Below, one piece after another: positions 25,289-38,675 of a stretch of DNA of 64,000 nucleotides (the stretch's first letter is position 1; each line of letters opens with the position of its first letter). The translations under genes were made by a program, and so were the position numbers. Under the pieces are notes generated by a model. It saw only the letters and a list, made by a program, of their open reading frames with translations, searched no databases and had not been told where the DNA came from. Origin of the DNA: Octopus sinensis (taxonomy: Eukaryota); assembly GCF_006345805.1 (NCBI RefSeq), contig NC_043022.1, forward strand, positions 1,984,001 to 2,048,000, in the 5' to 3' direction.

Positions 25289-25684
25289 CAGCAGAAATAT
25301 TCAGAAGTGAATATTTATATAGATATTAACATTGTGATTATTATCAAAGGCAATACAAATAGTTCATAACAACAATATTAATATAGGGTTTTAACTCTCA
25401 TTTCTAGCGGGTAAGACACTTTTATGTGTTCTTATGATTTATATATGTATAAAGCACCATCTAAACGTGATCGATGCCAGTGTCACATAACTGGCGCCTG
25501 TGCTGATGGCATGTAAAAAGCACCCACTACACTCTCAGAGTGGTTGGCATTTGGAAGGGCATTCAGCTGTAGAAACCTTACCAGATCAGATAGGAGCCTG
25601 GTGCAGCCTACTGGCTTGCCATACCTCAGTCAAACCGTCCAACCCATGCCAGCATGGAAAGCGGATGTTAAACGATGATGATAG

Positions 25685-25721
<37 letters not shown>

Positions 25722-26097
25722 TAATAATAATAATAATAATAATTGAGCATTAAATAGAAGGAACACTCAATACTTTTCAGTAGTGCACCATATTTATTTA
25801 CATTTTAAAGATTATTTATAGAAATATAAGGTTGACAGTAACTTTGAAGTTCTTTATGACAGCAAATAAGCTGACACTTTGACTACCTACACTCATACAT
25901 ACGTACATACATATACATACATATGTAGATACATACATATATACACATATATACATGCATATATAAATGTAAATACACACACACATATATGAATGCATGG
26001 TTTTTTAATCTCATTACGAAAAAATTTTTTTATATACACATGCTGTGTGTGTACATATATGTATGTATGTATGCATGAATGCATGTACGTACGTATG

Positions 26098-26131
<34 letters not shown>

Positions 26132-26248
26132 TGTATGTATGTATGTATGCATTGTATGTAAGTATGTATGTATGTATGTATGTATGTATGCATGAATGCA
26201 TGTATGCATGTATGTATGTATGTATGTATATATATGTTTATATATATA

Positions 26249-26286
<38 letters not shown>

Positions 26287-27397
26287 AATATATATACACA
26301 CACACATACACACATATATATATAAACATATATATACATACATACATACATACAATGCATGCATACATACATACATACATACATAAAAAAAATATATATA
26401 TATATATATATAACTTAGGTTTTGGCTAGTATATACCCAGGCCATGTGTAACTTAGTAGCGCACATATACACATGAATGGTCCCAGCCTCAAGTACCTTC
26501 ACAGTTTACACTTCACAGTTGTTAACTGAAATACTGAGATACAGAAGAATCTAAGGAATTATAAAGGAGTGACAGGGTGTGGTATTTAGACTGATTGTGG
26601 GTGGGCCATGCGTGTGCGCACACAGATGAGAACGTGCATACACACAATTTTTTTTTTTTTACCTGTGTTGAGTGTGTAGAGGTTTTGGATGGACAGGGGC
26701 AGGGTGGGGGGGGGCGAGGGTGTTAAGCGAAGAAGTCAAGAATTGATCATTCAAATTACAAAAAACTCATTCAACGTTGCCATGCCCACCACCACCACCA
26801 CCACCAACAACAACAACAGCACCATTCCGCCTCCCCCCCTGACACCGACACCAACACCACCTCTGCCTCACCATGCCACAGACACAGGTAAATAGATCAA
26901 GTCTAGTCTAATGTCAAAGAATGGGGATAATGGGAAGAATGTAAATAGCAGACTGTTCCATTGCACCAGGGTGGGAGGGTAACGTGTTGTGAGTTAACTG
27001 GGTTGGGGGCTTGGGGTTGGGAGGTGCAGGAAAGACGTGAGTGATTCTTCAATATATATATATATATATACACGCACACACACACATACATACATACATC
27101 ATACATACGTTAGTATACACACATTCATGTGTGGTGAGGGAGATACACATACACGGATGAACATATTCATACATATTTATATGAACTGGTATACACCATA
27201 TATTTATACACACACACACACACACATACATACATATATACATACATACATATATATGAACTGGTATACACTATATATTTATACACACATACATACACAC
27301 ACACATACATACATATATACATACATACATACATACATATGAACTGGTATACACTATATATTATACACACACACACACACATACATATATACATACA

Positions 27398-27436
<39 letters not shown>

Positions 27437-27440
27437 CTTT
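24715..27440. repeat. Series of (TA)n/(CATA)n/(AAT)n microsatellites, with a family E copy at ~25455-25682 (+)
   Basis: Seen directly; E motif GAGTGGTTGGCATTTGGAAGGGCATTCAGC. Confidence 0.85.
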
Positions 27441-27841
27441 TTTTTTTGAAACTGGGTCATACACATGTGAAGTAGACATAAAATGATTCTAGTGTGAGAA
27501 GGAACACCTTGGATGATGGTAGTGGTAGTAGTAGTAGTAGTGGTGGTGGGGGAGGGAACATGGGGTTGATGATGCCTGAGACACATTCCCAATTGCACTC
27601 ACATGTATATACATGCATAAATTGGTACACACACACACACACAATGAATGCAAAGCACATACGCACATATATGTTAGTATACACACACACATATACACAT
27701 GTGGTGAGGTAGACATACATACACGGATAAACACATTCATGCGTATTTACAGGAACTGGTATACACCATGTCAATTCGGCACATACACATGTAGTACACA
27801 CATACACACACATTAGATGCATACAAATATATGTATTTTTT

Positions 27842-28227
27842 GGAAGCACTCCGTCGGTTACGACGACGAGGGTTGCGGTTGATCTGAATCAACGGAACAG
27901 CCTGCTCGTGGAATTAACATGTAAGTGGCTGAGCACTCCACAGACACGTACACCCTTAACGCAGTTCTCGGGGATATTCAGCATGACACAGAGAGTGACA
28001 AGGCCGGCCCTTTTGAAATACAGGTACAACAGAAACAGGAAGTAAGAGTGAGAGAAAGTTGTGGCGAAAGAGTACAGCAGGGATCACCACCATCCCCTGC
28101 CGGAGCCTCGTGGAGCTTTTAGGTGTTTTCGCTCAATAAACACTCACAACGCCTGGTCTGGGAATCGAAACCGCAATCCTACGACCGTGAGTCCACTGCC
28201 CTAACCACTGGGCCATTGCGCCTCCAC
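27842..28227 (-). mobile_element. Family C SINE, full length
   Basis: GGAAGCACTCCGTCGG...CCATTGCGCCTCC; TSD unclear. Confidence 0.92.
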
Positions 28228-28459
28228 ATAGAAATATATACACATATGTACATGATGATGATTGCCTCATCGTCACAGATGATAGCTGTCACACACTGAA
28301 ATGAATAGGGAGACATCTGTACGTTATTGGATTGAAACGACAAAGGCTTGTACAACACTTTTTGCCATTCTCTTGGCCACTGTAGAAGGTTCCAGAGACA
28401 AACATTACAAGATGGTTGATACTATTTGGACTGCAAGGTTCATGTCAAAGTATCTCCTT

Positions 28460-29197
28460 GCGAAGGCTCATGGTTCAGTGGTTAGAGTGTCAGGCTCACA
28501 ATCACGAGACAATGAGTTTGAATCCTAGACCAGGCTGTGTGTTGTGTTCTTGAGTAAGACACTTTATTTCACATTGTTCCAGTTCACTCAGCTGTAGAAA
28601 TGAGTTGTGAGTCTCTGGTGCCAACCTGTATTGGCCCCTTTGCCTTTCCCTTGGATAACATCAGTGGCATGGAGAGGGGAGGCTGGTATGCATGGGCGAC
28701 GGCTGGTCTTCCATAAACAACCTTGCCTGGACTTGTTCCTCGGAGGGGAACTTTCTAGGGTGCAATCCCATGGTCATTCATAACTGAAGGGGTCTTTACC
28801 CTTTTACACACATACACTGAACAAATTCTTTTCATCACTTAAGGGGTAGTCGTTACAGCTGTGGGTGTGAAGGTGCATGGCTGAGTGGTTAGAACATAAA
28901 GCTACCAACCATGAGGTTGTGATTTCAGTTCCCAGACTGGGCTGCGTGTTGTGTTCTTAAGCAAGACGCTTTATTTCATGTTGCTCCAGTTTACTCATCT
29001 GTAGAAATGAGTTGCAATTTCACTGGTGCCAAGCTGTATTGGCCCCTTTGCCTTTCCCTTGGACAACATTGGTGGCACGGAGAAGGGAGGCTGGCATGCA
29101 TGGGTGACTGTTAGTCTTCCATAAACAACCTTGCCTGGCCTTGTGCCTCGGAAGAGAACTTCCTTGGTGCAATCCCATGGTCATTCATGACTGAAGC
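28460..29197 (+). mobile_element. Two family D CORE-type SINEs in tandem (28460-28805, 28867-29197)
   Basis: tRNA-like heads; central TTGTGTTCTT(G/A)AG(T/C)AAGAC...CCAGTT(C/T)ACTCA(G/T)CTGTAGAAATGAG resembles the MIR/CORE consensus as recalled. Confidence 0.8.
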
Positions 29198-29302
29198 GGT
29201 GTGGTTATCTTTCTTCTAGAAGAGCCGCCTTCCCCACAGCTTTCCAAAAAATAATGGGAGCCCCCTCTACTCCTGGAAAATTTATTTAATCTAGTCTCTA
29301 CA

Positions 29303-31012
29303 TAGGTATAAAGTCTTCTGGCAAGGTAACATGGATGATGTAGGCATACTCCTTGCAGAGAAATGGGTGGATAAGGTCATAGAGGTTGTTAGGGTATGCG
29401 ATAGAGTGCCTAAGCTCACGCTAGTCCTGCAGAACAGCACAGCTACAATTATCTCCGCCTATGCCCCACATGCAGGGCTACAAAATGATCAGAAGGACCA
29501 CTTTTATGATACCCTTCTAAAGGCTACCTCAAAGACAAGTGGCAATGACCTCATCTTTGTGGCTGGAGACTTTAATGGGCATGTTGGGCAGGAATCTGGT
29601 ATCTTCACTGGGGTACATGGTGGTGATGGTATTGGCACCCGAAATGATAAGGGAACGAGGCTACTGGAGTTCTGTGATGCATGAAACCTTTTAATCTGCA
29701 ACACTAACTTCAGGAAGCCAGACAGCTACCTTATAACCTATAAATCAGGGTCTCTGCTAGCCAGACTGATTTCATACTCACCAGACAGCGGGATGCAGGG
29801 TTGCTCTTAAATACAAAGATGCTCCTGGGTGAAGAATGTACCCCCCACCCAGCATAAGCTAGTCATTAGTGACTTTAGGCTCGAGGCTAGAAGGATACCA
29901 AGAAGCAGACCAATCCAAAAAAGAAGGATTTGGAAGCTAAAGAACCCTTCACATGGTCAGAGATTTAGGGACAACCTCATCAAGAAATATGAGGAGAGGG
30001 AGGAGGAGCTACCGACATCGGACATAGAAGGTAGCTGGAAATTCCTATGGGACAGCTTGCTGAGTGCCATAGACCAAGTCTGCGGATGGTGCAAAGTCCC
30101 TTCCAGACCTAGAGTTACGTGGTGGTGCAATAGTACGGTAGACAAAGCCTTTAGAGCAAAGAAACAGGCCTGGAAAACCTGGAAGGGTGGGGGTAGCAGG
30201 GAACTGTACCAGGTAGCCAAAAGGGAGGCTGGGTGGCTGGTATACATACCCAAGTGCGAAGCGGAAAAGAAGAAGTTTGCCAATGTCCAGTGACGTGAGG
30301 ACCAAAGAACTGAGGTATTTCGGATTGCAAGACAGTGTGTGAGAGAAAATGTGTCTGCATGGATGATGGTGCACTTGCTTTTAATGATTCTGAAAAAAAA
30401 GAGGCTTGGAGAAGCCATTATGAAAGACTGCTGAATGTAGAGAATAAGATCCTGCCAAATGTTGACCCAACAGAGGAACCAGCTATCCAAATAGATAGCT
30501 CCCTAGTAGATAAAGCAATTAAGGGTATGAAGCCAGGAAAAGCCCCTGGCCCATCAGGAATCACTGCTGAGATGCTTAAAACATCTGGTGGTGTGGACTA
30601 TGGCCTAGTCACCCGCATTGTAAACCAGGTATTTCATAATGGAGTCATACCCAATGACTGGCATAGCAGTACCATAGTCAACTGCTACAAGGGTAAAGGT
30701 GATGCTCTAGATAGAAATAACTACAGGGGTATCAAACTGCTGGATTAGGTGATGAAGAGAGTCTGCTTAGATGAGATGCAGTTCGGTTTTGTGCCAGGTA
30801 GAAGCACCACTGATGCCATATTCCTGATTCGACAACTGCAGGAGAAATACCTAGCTAAAGATAAACCCCTATACTTGGCTTTTGTGGACTTGGAGAAGGC
30901 CTTTGACAGGGTCCTCCGTTCCTTTATCTGGTGGGCGATGTGGAAACTGGAGATTGATGAATGGTTAATAAGGGCTGTACAGGCCCTTTACAGAGAGGCC
31001 ATTAGTAAGGTG
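29303..31012 (+). mobile_element. RTE-clade LINE, decayed internal fragment (APE endonuclease to N-terminal RT)
   Basis: Translations IISAYAPHAG, VAGDFNGHVG, KAPGPSGITAEML, NNYRGIKLL, QFGFVPGRSTTDAIF, AFVDLEKAFDRV; stops and frameshifts. Confidence 0.93.
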
Positions 31013-31169
31013 GAGAGAACATGCTGAGGCCTTTGTCCTGCAGGGGACTGAACGTGGGCAGTCCAAATGTAAATCTGAACCCCAAGCTGTTTAAGTCAGT
31101 GCTCCAGCATGGCCACAGGCTGAACGTATTATAAGAGGAGTACATAGGCTGATACACATATTATCATCT

Positions 31170-32255
31170 ACAGAGATAACTTCACACACACACACACATA
31201 CGTACATACAAAAGAAGGGATATAAACATACACATACATACATACACACATGCAGATATTTAAGCACACACGTATACATAAGCACACACATACACATGTA
31301 GAAACACATGCATTCTGACAGTTATATGCATCTGAATGCATGGACTCACACACTTGTACTTGCATATATGCATGGACACGAATAAAACATGTACAAACAT
31401 AGACACACACACACACACACACACACACATACGCACAGACTCATACATATATATATGTGTGTATGCTTGGAAACAAATACAATACACAGCACACACACAC
31501 ACATGCATGCATATACAGACACACATTTATGTATATGCATGCACAGATACACACTCATAGACAAGTATGTACTTGTAAACAAATGCAAACCAACACACAC
31601 ACACACACACATGCACCCTTCTCTCTCTCTCACACACACATGCACCCTTCTCTCTCTCTCACACACGCACACACATGCACCCTTCTCTCTCTCTCACACA
31701 CGCACACACATGCACCCTCTCTCTCTCTCACACACACCACGCACACCATGCACCCTTCTCCTCTCTCACACCACACACACACATGCACCCTTCTCTCTCT
31801 CTCACACACACACACATGCACCTTCTCTCTCTCTCACACACACACACGCACACACATGCACCCTTCTCTCTCTCTCACACACACACACACATGCACCCTT
31901 CTCTCTCTCTCACACACACACACATGCACCCTCTCTCTCTCTCACACACACACACACGCACACATGCACCCTTCTCTCTTCTCACACACACACACATGCA
32001 CCCTTCTCTCTCTCTCACACACACACACACATGCACCCTTCTCTCTCTCTCACACACACACACACATGCACCCTTCTCTCTCTCTCACACACACACACAT
32101 GCACCCTTCTCTCTCTCTCACACACACACACGCACACACATGCACCCTTCTCTCTCTCTCACACACACACACATGCACCCTTCTCTCTCTCTCACACACA
32201 CACACGCACACACATGCACCCTTCTCTCTCTCACACACACATACACACACACATT
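31170..32255. repeat. (CA)n tract and compound minisatellite of ~30-36 bp units: ATGCACCCTT(CT)n(CA)n
   Basis: Unit repeated about 19 times in 31610-32240. Confidence 0.92.
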
Positions 32256-32567
32256 CAGCCTAAATGGATTAAAAACTACTCAGAGAACAAAGTTGCCAAA
32301 GACAGAAGCAATTATTGAGAGAATAAAAACAAAAATGGTAGATGTGTGAAAGAGGCGGAAGGGGAGAGGGACAACAAAGGGATTAGAGATCAGGGCAAAC
32401 TAAAAGAACATTAAAGAGAGAGAGGGGGGGAGAGAGAGAGAGAGAGAAAAGGAAAGGGAGAGACCCACAGACAAACAGAGAGATTATGACAAACATAGGT
32501 GTGATTTCAGACATCAGCATATAAAAGCAATAAATGTATACATACACACATCATCATCGTTGTCATC

Positions 32568-32790
32568 TATTTCTTTACTACCCACAAGGGGCTAAACACA
32601 GAGAGGACAGACAAAGGGATTAAGTCGATTACATCGACCCCTGTGCGTAACTGGTACTTATTTAATCGACCCCGGAAGGATGAAAGGCAAAGTCGACCTC
32701 GGCGGAATTTGAACTCAGAACGTATCGACAGACGAAATACCGCTGAGCATTTCGCCCGGTGTGCTAACGATTCTGCCAGCTCACCGCCTT
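32568..32790 (-). mobile_element. Family B SINE, full length
   Basis: Same head and tail as the 2468-5240 element, single copy. Confidence 0.9.
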
Positions 32791-33291
32791 GACATCATCG
32801 TTGTCATCGTTTAACGTCCTCTTTCCATGCTGGCAAGGGTTGGATGGTTTGACTGAGGACTGGTGAACCAGAAGGCTGCACCAGGCACCAACCTGATCTG
32901 GCAAAGTTTCTACAGTTGGATGCCCTTCCTAACGCCAACCACTCTGAGAATATAGCGGGTGCTTTTTACGTGCCTTCGGTCATGACTGACCATGGGATTA
33001 CACCTAGAAAGTTACATTCCTGGGCACAAGTCCGGGCAAGGTTGTTTATGGAAGACCAGCAGTCGCCCATGCATACCAGCGTCCCCCCTCCACACCACCG
33101 AGGTTATCCAAGGGGTTGATACAGCTTGGCACCAGTGACGCTGCAACTCATTTCTACAGCTGGGTGAACTGGAGCAATGTGAAATAAAGTGTCTTGTTCA
33201 AGAACACAACATGCAGCCCAGTCCGGGATTCGAACTCACAATCTCACGATCGTAAGCTCGACGCTCTAATCACTGAGCCATGCGCCTTCAC
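32791..33291 (-). mobile_element. Family E fragment (32791-32972) abutting a family D SINE (32973-33291)
   Basis: GGATGCCCTTCCTAACGCCAACCAC; GAGCCATGCGCCTTCAC reverse head. Confidence 0.8.
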
Positions 33292-33766
33292 ATGCCATTG
33301 ACATATACAAATATTGGAGGCGACTCCAGGCCATCAGCATTACTTGGGCTCATCACAGATTTTGCACAAGACACATGCTTGCTCGAAGAATTCCATATTT
33401 TTCTGCAATATTTCAAGCCCCAAATGGCTTATTTTTTTTTATACCGAGCACTATGTCTTTCTCCATTTCTAAGTTAAGGGTAAAAATGAAGCAACTTTGC
33501 AAAACCCAACTGATCTTTACACACAGACGCACATAATAACAGCTATTAATTAACAACAGTGGAGTGTACAACAAACATCAGCAACCTGACTCTCGACAAG
33601 AGATGCCAGTTAGTCTTTTAGACCAGGCTCATTCCTATTATCCTGAGATGTCGGATAATATTTTGCTCCTTTAAGAATATTGTGGAACGGAAACTTTCCA
33701 TAGATTGGAATTTAAATCCTAATCTCTGGAGAAATTTATTGTTTCAAGAAAACATTGAATTTGAAT

Positions 33767-33989
33767 TACTCTTTTACTCTTTTACTTGTTTCAGTCATTT
33801 GACTGCGGCCATGCTGGAGCACCGCCTTTAGTCGAGCAAATCGACCCCGGGACTTATTCTTTGTAAGCCCAGTACTTATTCTATTGGTCTCTTTTGCCGA
33901 ACCGCTAAGTGACGGGGACGTAAACACACCAGCATCGGTTGTCAAGCAATGCTAGGGGGACAAACACAGACACACAAACACACACACAC

Positions 33990-34020
<31 letters not shown>

Positions 34021-34176
34021 CATATATACGACAGGCTTCTTTCAGTTTCCATCTACCAAATCCACTCACAAGGCATTGGTCAGCCAGGGGCTATAGCAGA
34101 AGACACTTGCCCAAGATGCAACGCAGTGGGACTGAACCCGGAACCATGTGGTTGGTTAGCAAGCTACTTACCACAC
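33767..34176 (-). mobile_element. Family A SINE, full length
   Basis: High identity to other young A copies. Confidence 0.9.
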
Positions 34177-34352
34177 TTTTAATTTTTTCGATTATTCATA
34201 ACAACTTGGGCTGTAACTTCTGAGCCCGAGTCATGTGAATGATGTGGAGAGAACGTCTGAGAAGACCTGTTGAGTCAAGCAAAACAAAAATAGCAGCTGT
34301 GGCCAATGCCCCCTAACTGCATTCTGCAAACTAGTCAGCTGTGCTAAGTAGG

Positions 34353-34968
34353 GTTAGTTAGTTAGTTAGTTAGTTAATTTGGCTCAAAAGCAAATAGCAA
34401 GGCCATGTAGGGGGACATGAAGTTAAGTACAAGGTTGTGTTCATGTAAAGAGTTCAGGCCACTTGAGGTCAAGGGAGACTTTGAACAAAGCGGTCGTCGG
34501 CATCTTCACCATCTCATCTGGCAGCTTGTTCCACGGATCCGCAACCCGGACGGAGAAAGCTCCTCTCCTTCGATTGAGATGAAATCGTCGCAGGTAGAGC
34601 TTTTCGGAATGACCCCGCAGCCGACGCTCTGGAGCAGGAGTGAAGAACAGCTCTTTCGAGAGGTTACACTTTCCGCTTATGATGTTGTGAGCGAGAATGA
34701 GATCACCACGGCGGCGGCGTTTTTCTAGAGAATAAAGGTCGAGCGTCCTCAGCCTTTCTTCATAAGACAAATTTTTGAGACCATGAACCATGCGGGTAGC
34801 CAGCTTCTGGACTCTTTCGAGATGCTGTATGTCTTTGAGGAGATAAGGAGAAGAGGCTTGAATCCCGTACTCCAATATGGGTCTCACCAGTGTGCCATAG
34901 AGTGGTAGGAATATGGCTGCTGTGAGCATTCCGAATGACCGTCGAATCAAGAACAGGGTCTGTTCCAA
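34353..34968 (-). mobile_element. CR1-clade LINE, 5'-truncated 3' end (ORF2 C-terminus, 3' UTR, (TAAC)n tail)
   Basis: ORF 34441-34968 has LYGTLVRPILEYG, LERVQKLATRM, LEKRRRRGDLI, RGHSEKL, FSVRVADPWNKLP motifs of CR1 ORF2. Confidence 0.9.
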
Positions 34969-35217
34969 GTGCTGTTACAGCCATCTTCCTTCAATGTAGA
35001 ATAACAAAAGTTGGCAGGTCAGCTTATTAGAAGTATAGTGATGATATACTGAAATTACAATAACTCAGGACAGTTATGACTGCCTCCCCTAAAAAAGTCT
35101 GAAAACTTCTGGAATGCATCTCATATTTATCTGTCTGTCTATCTGTCCGTCTGCTTGTCCAACTGTCTGTCTTCCTAACTATCTATGTAACTATCCATCC
35201 ATTTGTCTGTCTGTCTA

Positions 35218-35257
<40 letters not shown>

Positions 35258-35258
35258 C

Positions 35259-35486
35259 AGCGGCGAGCTGGCAGAAACGTTAGCACGCCGGGCGAAACGT
35301 GTTGCCGTATTTCGTCTGCCGTTATGTTCTGAGTTCAAATTCCGCCGAGGTCGACTTTGCCTTTCATCCTTCCGGGGTTGATAAATTAAGTACCAGTTAC
35401 ACACTGGGGTCGATGTAATCGACTTAATCCGTTTGTCTGTCCTTGTTTGTCTCCTCTGTGTTTAGTCCCTTGTGGGTAGTAAAGAA

Positions 35487-35489
<3 letters not shown>
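35259..35489 (+). mobile_element. Family B SINE, full length
   Basis: GCGGCGAGCTGGCAGAAACG...GTAGTAAAGAAATA. Confidence 0.9.
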
Positions 35490-35538
<49 letters not shown>

Positions 35539-35914
35539 ATACATGTATGTGTGTGTATGTATATATATATATATAATGCAAAAAATATATATATAAAATA
35601 AAAGGAAAATGCAGTTTACATATAGGTGTGTGTGTGTATGTGTGTCTGTGTGTATGTATGTATGTATGTATGAGAATATGCATGTGAGTATGTTTGTGTG
35701 TATATATGTACGTGTAAACATGCACATGTTTGTGTGTGTATGTATGTATGTATGTAAGTATCATCCGCAGCTCATCCTAAAACAAAACGGTGAAAAAAAA
35801 ATCTGTCTTTGATGTTGTTTATCAAGAGACTACGTGAGATTATCAAAGTTTGGTCCATTTGAACTGGTCAAACAAAACACCAGACAGGAATGTCTTGGAG
35901 GTGTGGACATTAGG

Positions 35915-35945
<31 letters not shown>

Positions 35946-36160
35946 CAAGCTGGCTGAGTCAAACAAAAGCAGTTGCCAGCCAAAAAAAATATATATAAAA
36001 AAAAAAAAAAAAAAGCAGAGAAAAATAGAAAGAGGAAAGAAAAGAAAGAGATGATAAAAGGATAGGATGGGTCTGAGTAAGTATGGATAGTCGTTAACTA
36101 TATCTAAAAAAGTGTGTGTGTTCGTTGAAACAGAAGCAGTGCAATTAGAGCCATGTATAG

Positions 36161-36356
36161 TTACTCTTTTACTTGTTTCAGTCATTTGACTGCGGCCATG
36201 CTGGAGCACCACCTTTAGTCGAGCAAATCGACCCCGGGACTTATTCTTTTTGTAAGCCCAGTACTTATTCTATCGGTCTCTTTTGCCGAACTGCTAAGTG
36301 ACGGGGACGTAAACACACCAGCATCGGTTGCTAGGGGGACAAACACAGACACACAA

Positions 36357-36389
<33 letters not shown>

Positions 36390-36560
36390 CATATATATGA
36401 CAGGCTTCTTTCAGTTTCCGTCTACCAAGTCCACTCACAAGGCATTGGTCGGCCCGGGGCTATAGCAGAAGACACTTGCCCAAGATGCCACGCAGTGGGA
36501 CTGAACCTGGAACCATGTGGTTGGTTAGCAAGCTACTTACCACACAGCCACTCCTGCGCC
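36161..36560 (-). mobile_element. Family A SINE, full length
   Basis: High identity to other young A copies. Confidence 0.9.
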
Positions 36561-36709
36561 TGTGTACAAGTTGGTGTAACGTAGCCATCTATCTGCGTTG
36601 GATTTTTGGTAAGTATTACTTGAAAAGGAAGGTGAGAAGAAAGAGGGAAGTTTTGTCTAGTGATAAGTTTAATAAAAGGTAGGTGAATGTAGCAAAGATG
36701 GTATGCATC

Positions 36710-37129
36710 AAGGTGGCGAGCTGGCAGAATCGTTAGCACGCCGGGCGAAATGCTTAGCGGTATTTCGTCTGCATTACGTTGTGAGTTCAAATTCCGCCGA
36801 GGTCGACTTTGCTTTTCATCCTTTCGGGGTCGATAAATTAAGTACCAGTTACGCACTGGGGTCGATGTAATCGACTTAATACCTATGTCTGTCCTTGTTT
36901 GTCCCCCCTGTGTTTAGCCCCCTTGTGGGTAATAAAGAAATAGGTATTTCATCTGCCGCTACGTTCTGAGTTCAAATTCCGCTGAGGTCGACTTTGCCTT
37001 TCATCCTTTTGGGGTCGATTAAATAAGTACCAGTAACACATTGGGGTCGATGTAATCAACTTAACCCGTTTGTCTGTCCTTGTTTGTCCTCTGTGTTTAG
37101 CCCCTTGTGGGTAGTAAAGAAATAGGTAT
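36710..37129 (+). mobile_element. Family B SINE dimer (full copy plus 5'-truncated copy joined at GGTAT)
   Basis: Junction AAAGAAATAGGTATTTCATCTG at ~36935-36955. Confidence 0.88.
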
Positions 37130-37540
37130 GCATGAATAATGAAACCACTTTGAGCATGAACCTTATAGAACAAAAAGAGAAAGGGTGTTTTGCTCTCATG
37201 TTTATTTTTTCCAAGGTTACTGTGGTTGTTTTGCGTAGGTTTTTCTTTCCACGGATAACCCTAGTCAGTGTTATATTTTCTCCCCCTTTTGAGAATCCCT
37301 GTTGTTAAAACGTTACCTTGCTATCTCTTTGTGTACACGTTCTAAAACGTTTTTGATCCCTATTGATCGGTTTTGAAAAGAAAAATTCTACATTGTATTG
37401 TCCCCTCTGTGTTCGGCCCTGCGTGGCTTAATAAAGAAATCTATCTTCATTGGATTGCGTTTGTGATTGGGAGGGAAACACAAGGGAGGGAAACACAAAC
37501 ACACGTATGTGCAAGTGTGCACGTGCACACCCTCATATAT

Positions 37541-37728
37541 ACATTCATATATACATTCATATATACATTCATATATACATTCATATATACATTCATATAT
37601 ACATTCATATATACATTCATATATACATTCATATATACATTCATATATACATTCATATATACATTCATATATACATTCATATATACATTCATATATACAT
37701 TCATATATACATTCATATATACATTCAT
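37541..37728. repeat. Perfect 12 bp minisatellite (ACATTCATATAT), about 15 copies
   Basis: Seen directly. Confidence 0.97.
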
Positions 37729-37789
37729 GCGTACAAACATACATGGAACAGAATAACAAAAAAAAACACCTACTAACAAAGCTGACAAT

Positions 37790-38190
37790 ACGGACACTGA
37801 TACAGATCAAAAGAATATCGATGGAACTTAGAAATTAAAACAGTCACCAAATTGAAACACAACCAGTCAGATATTGCTCTGTGGGACCGCAGGAAAAAGA
37901 TATGTTCTGTTATGGAAATAAGCTGCCCTCTGGACAACAATGTGGTTGGGAAAATACAAGAGAAAGAGGATATCTATGGACCATTGATGAAGATTTTGCA
38001 AATCCAGTACCTAAGGAATGCTTTTAGCTTCATACCGATTATTACTGGAGTGAGAAGATATATACAAACCCATCTGGAGCAAAGTACGGCTGAAGTTGGG
38101 ATCTTGGGGAGATAATGCAAATCCTTCTTTCGTACACTACAAATGATCATATCTGGGATTATGAAAGTCTGCAAGAAGCTTCTTAAGATT
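37790..38190 (+). mobile_element. Decayed fragment of an RLE-type non-LTR retrotransposon (R4/Dong- or NeSL-like endonuclease)
   Basis: ORF 37852-38115 HNQSDIALWDRRKKICSVMEISCPLD...KEDIYGPL...IPIITG parallels the HNRPDI...IDIAVP...K.KY..L...IPIVIG RLE pattern. Confidence 0.7.
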
Positions 38191-38291
38191 TAAAGGAAAA
38201 TGGCAAAAACAAAATGTTTTCCTTCAGAACCTTGCTACCAAACAGGTGGCCTCTCAAAATTTATTCTGAATTAAAAAGAGAAAGAGAACAT

Positions 38292-38675
38292 GGAAGCACT
38301 CTGTCGGTTACGACGACGAGGGTTCCGGTTGATCCGAATCAACGGAACAGCCTGCTCGTGAAATTAACGTGTAAGTGGCTGAGCACTCCACAGACACGTG
38401 TACCCTTAACGTAGTTCTCGGGGATATTCAGCGTGACACAGAGAGTGACAAGGCTGGCCCTTTGAAATACAGGTACAACAGAAACAGGAAGTAAGAGTGA
38501 GAGAAAGTTGTGGTGAAAGAGTACAGCAGGGATCACCACCATCCCCTGCCGGAGCCTCGTGGAGCTTTAGGTGTTTTTGCTCAATAAACACTCACAACGC
38601 CCAGTTTGAGAATCGAAACCGCGATCCTACGACCGCGAGTCCGCTGCCCTAACCACTGGGCCATTGCGCCTCCAC
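38292..38675 (-). mobile_element. Family C SINE, full length
   Basis: TSD AAAGAGAACAT (38281-38291, 38677-38687). Confidence 0.93.

Noticed and set aside
26782-26887. Plus-strand ATG...ACAG|GTAAAT candidate exon (MPTTTTTTNNNNST...)
   Set aside because: Low-complexity sequence with no supporting partner exon
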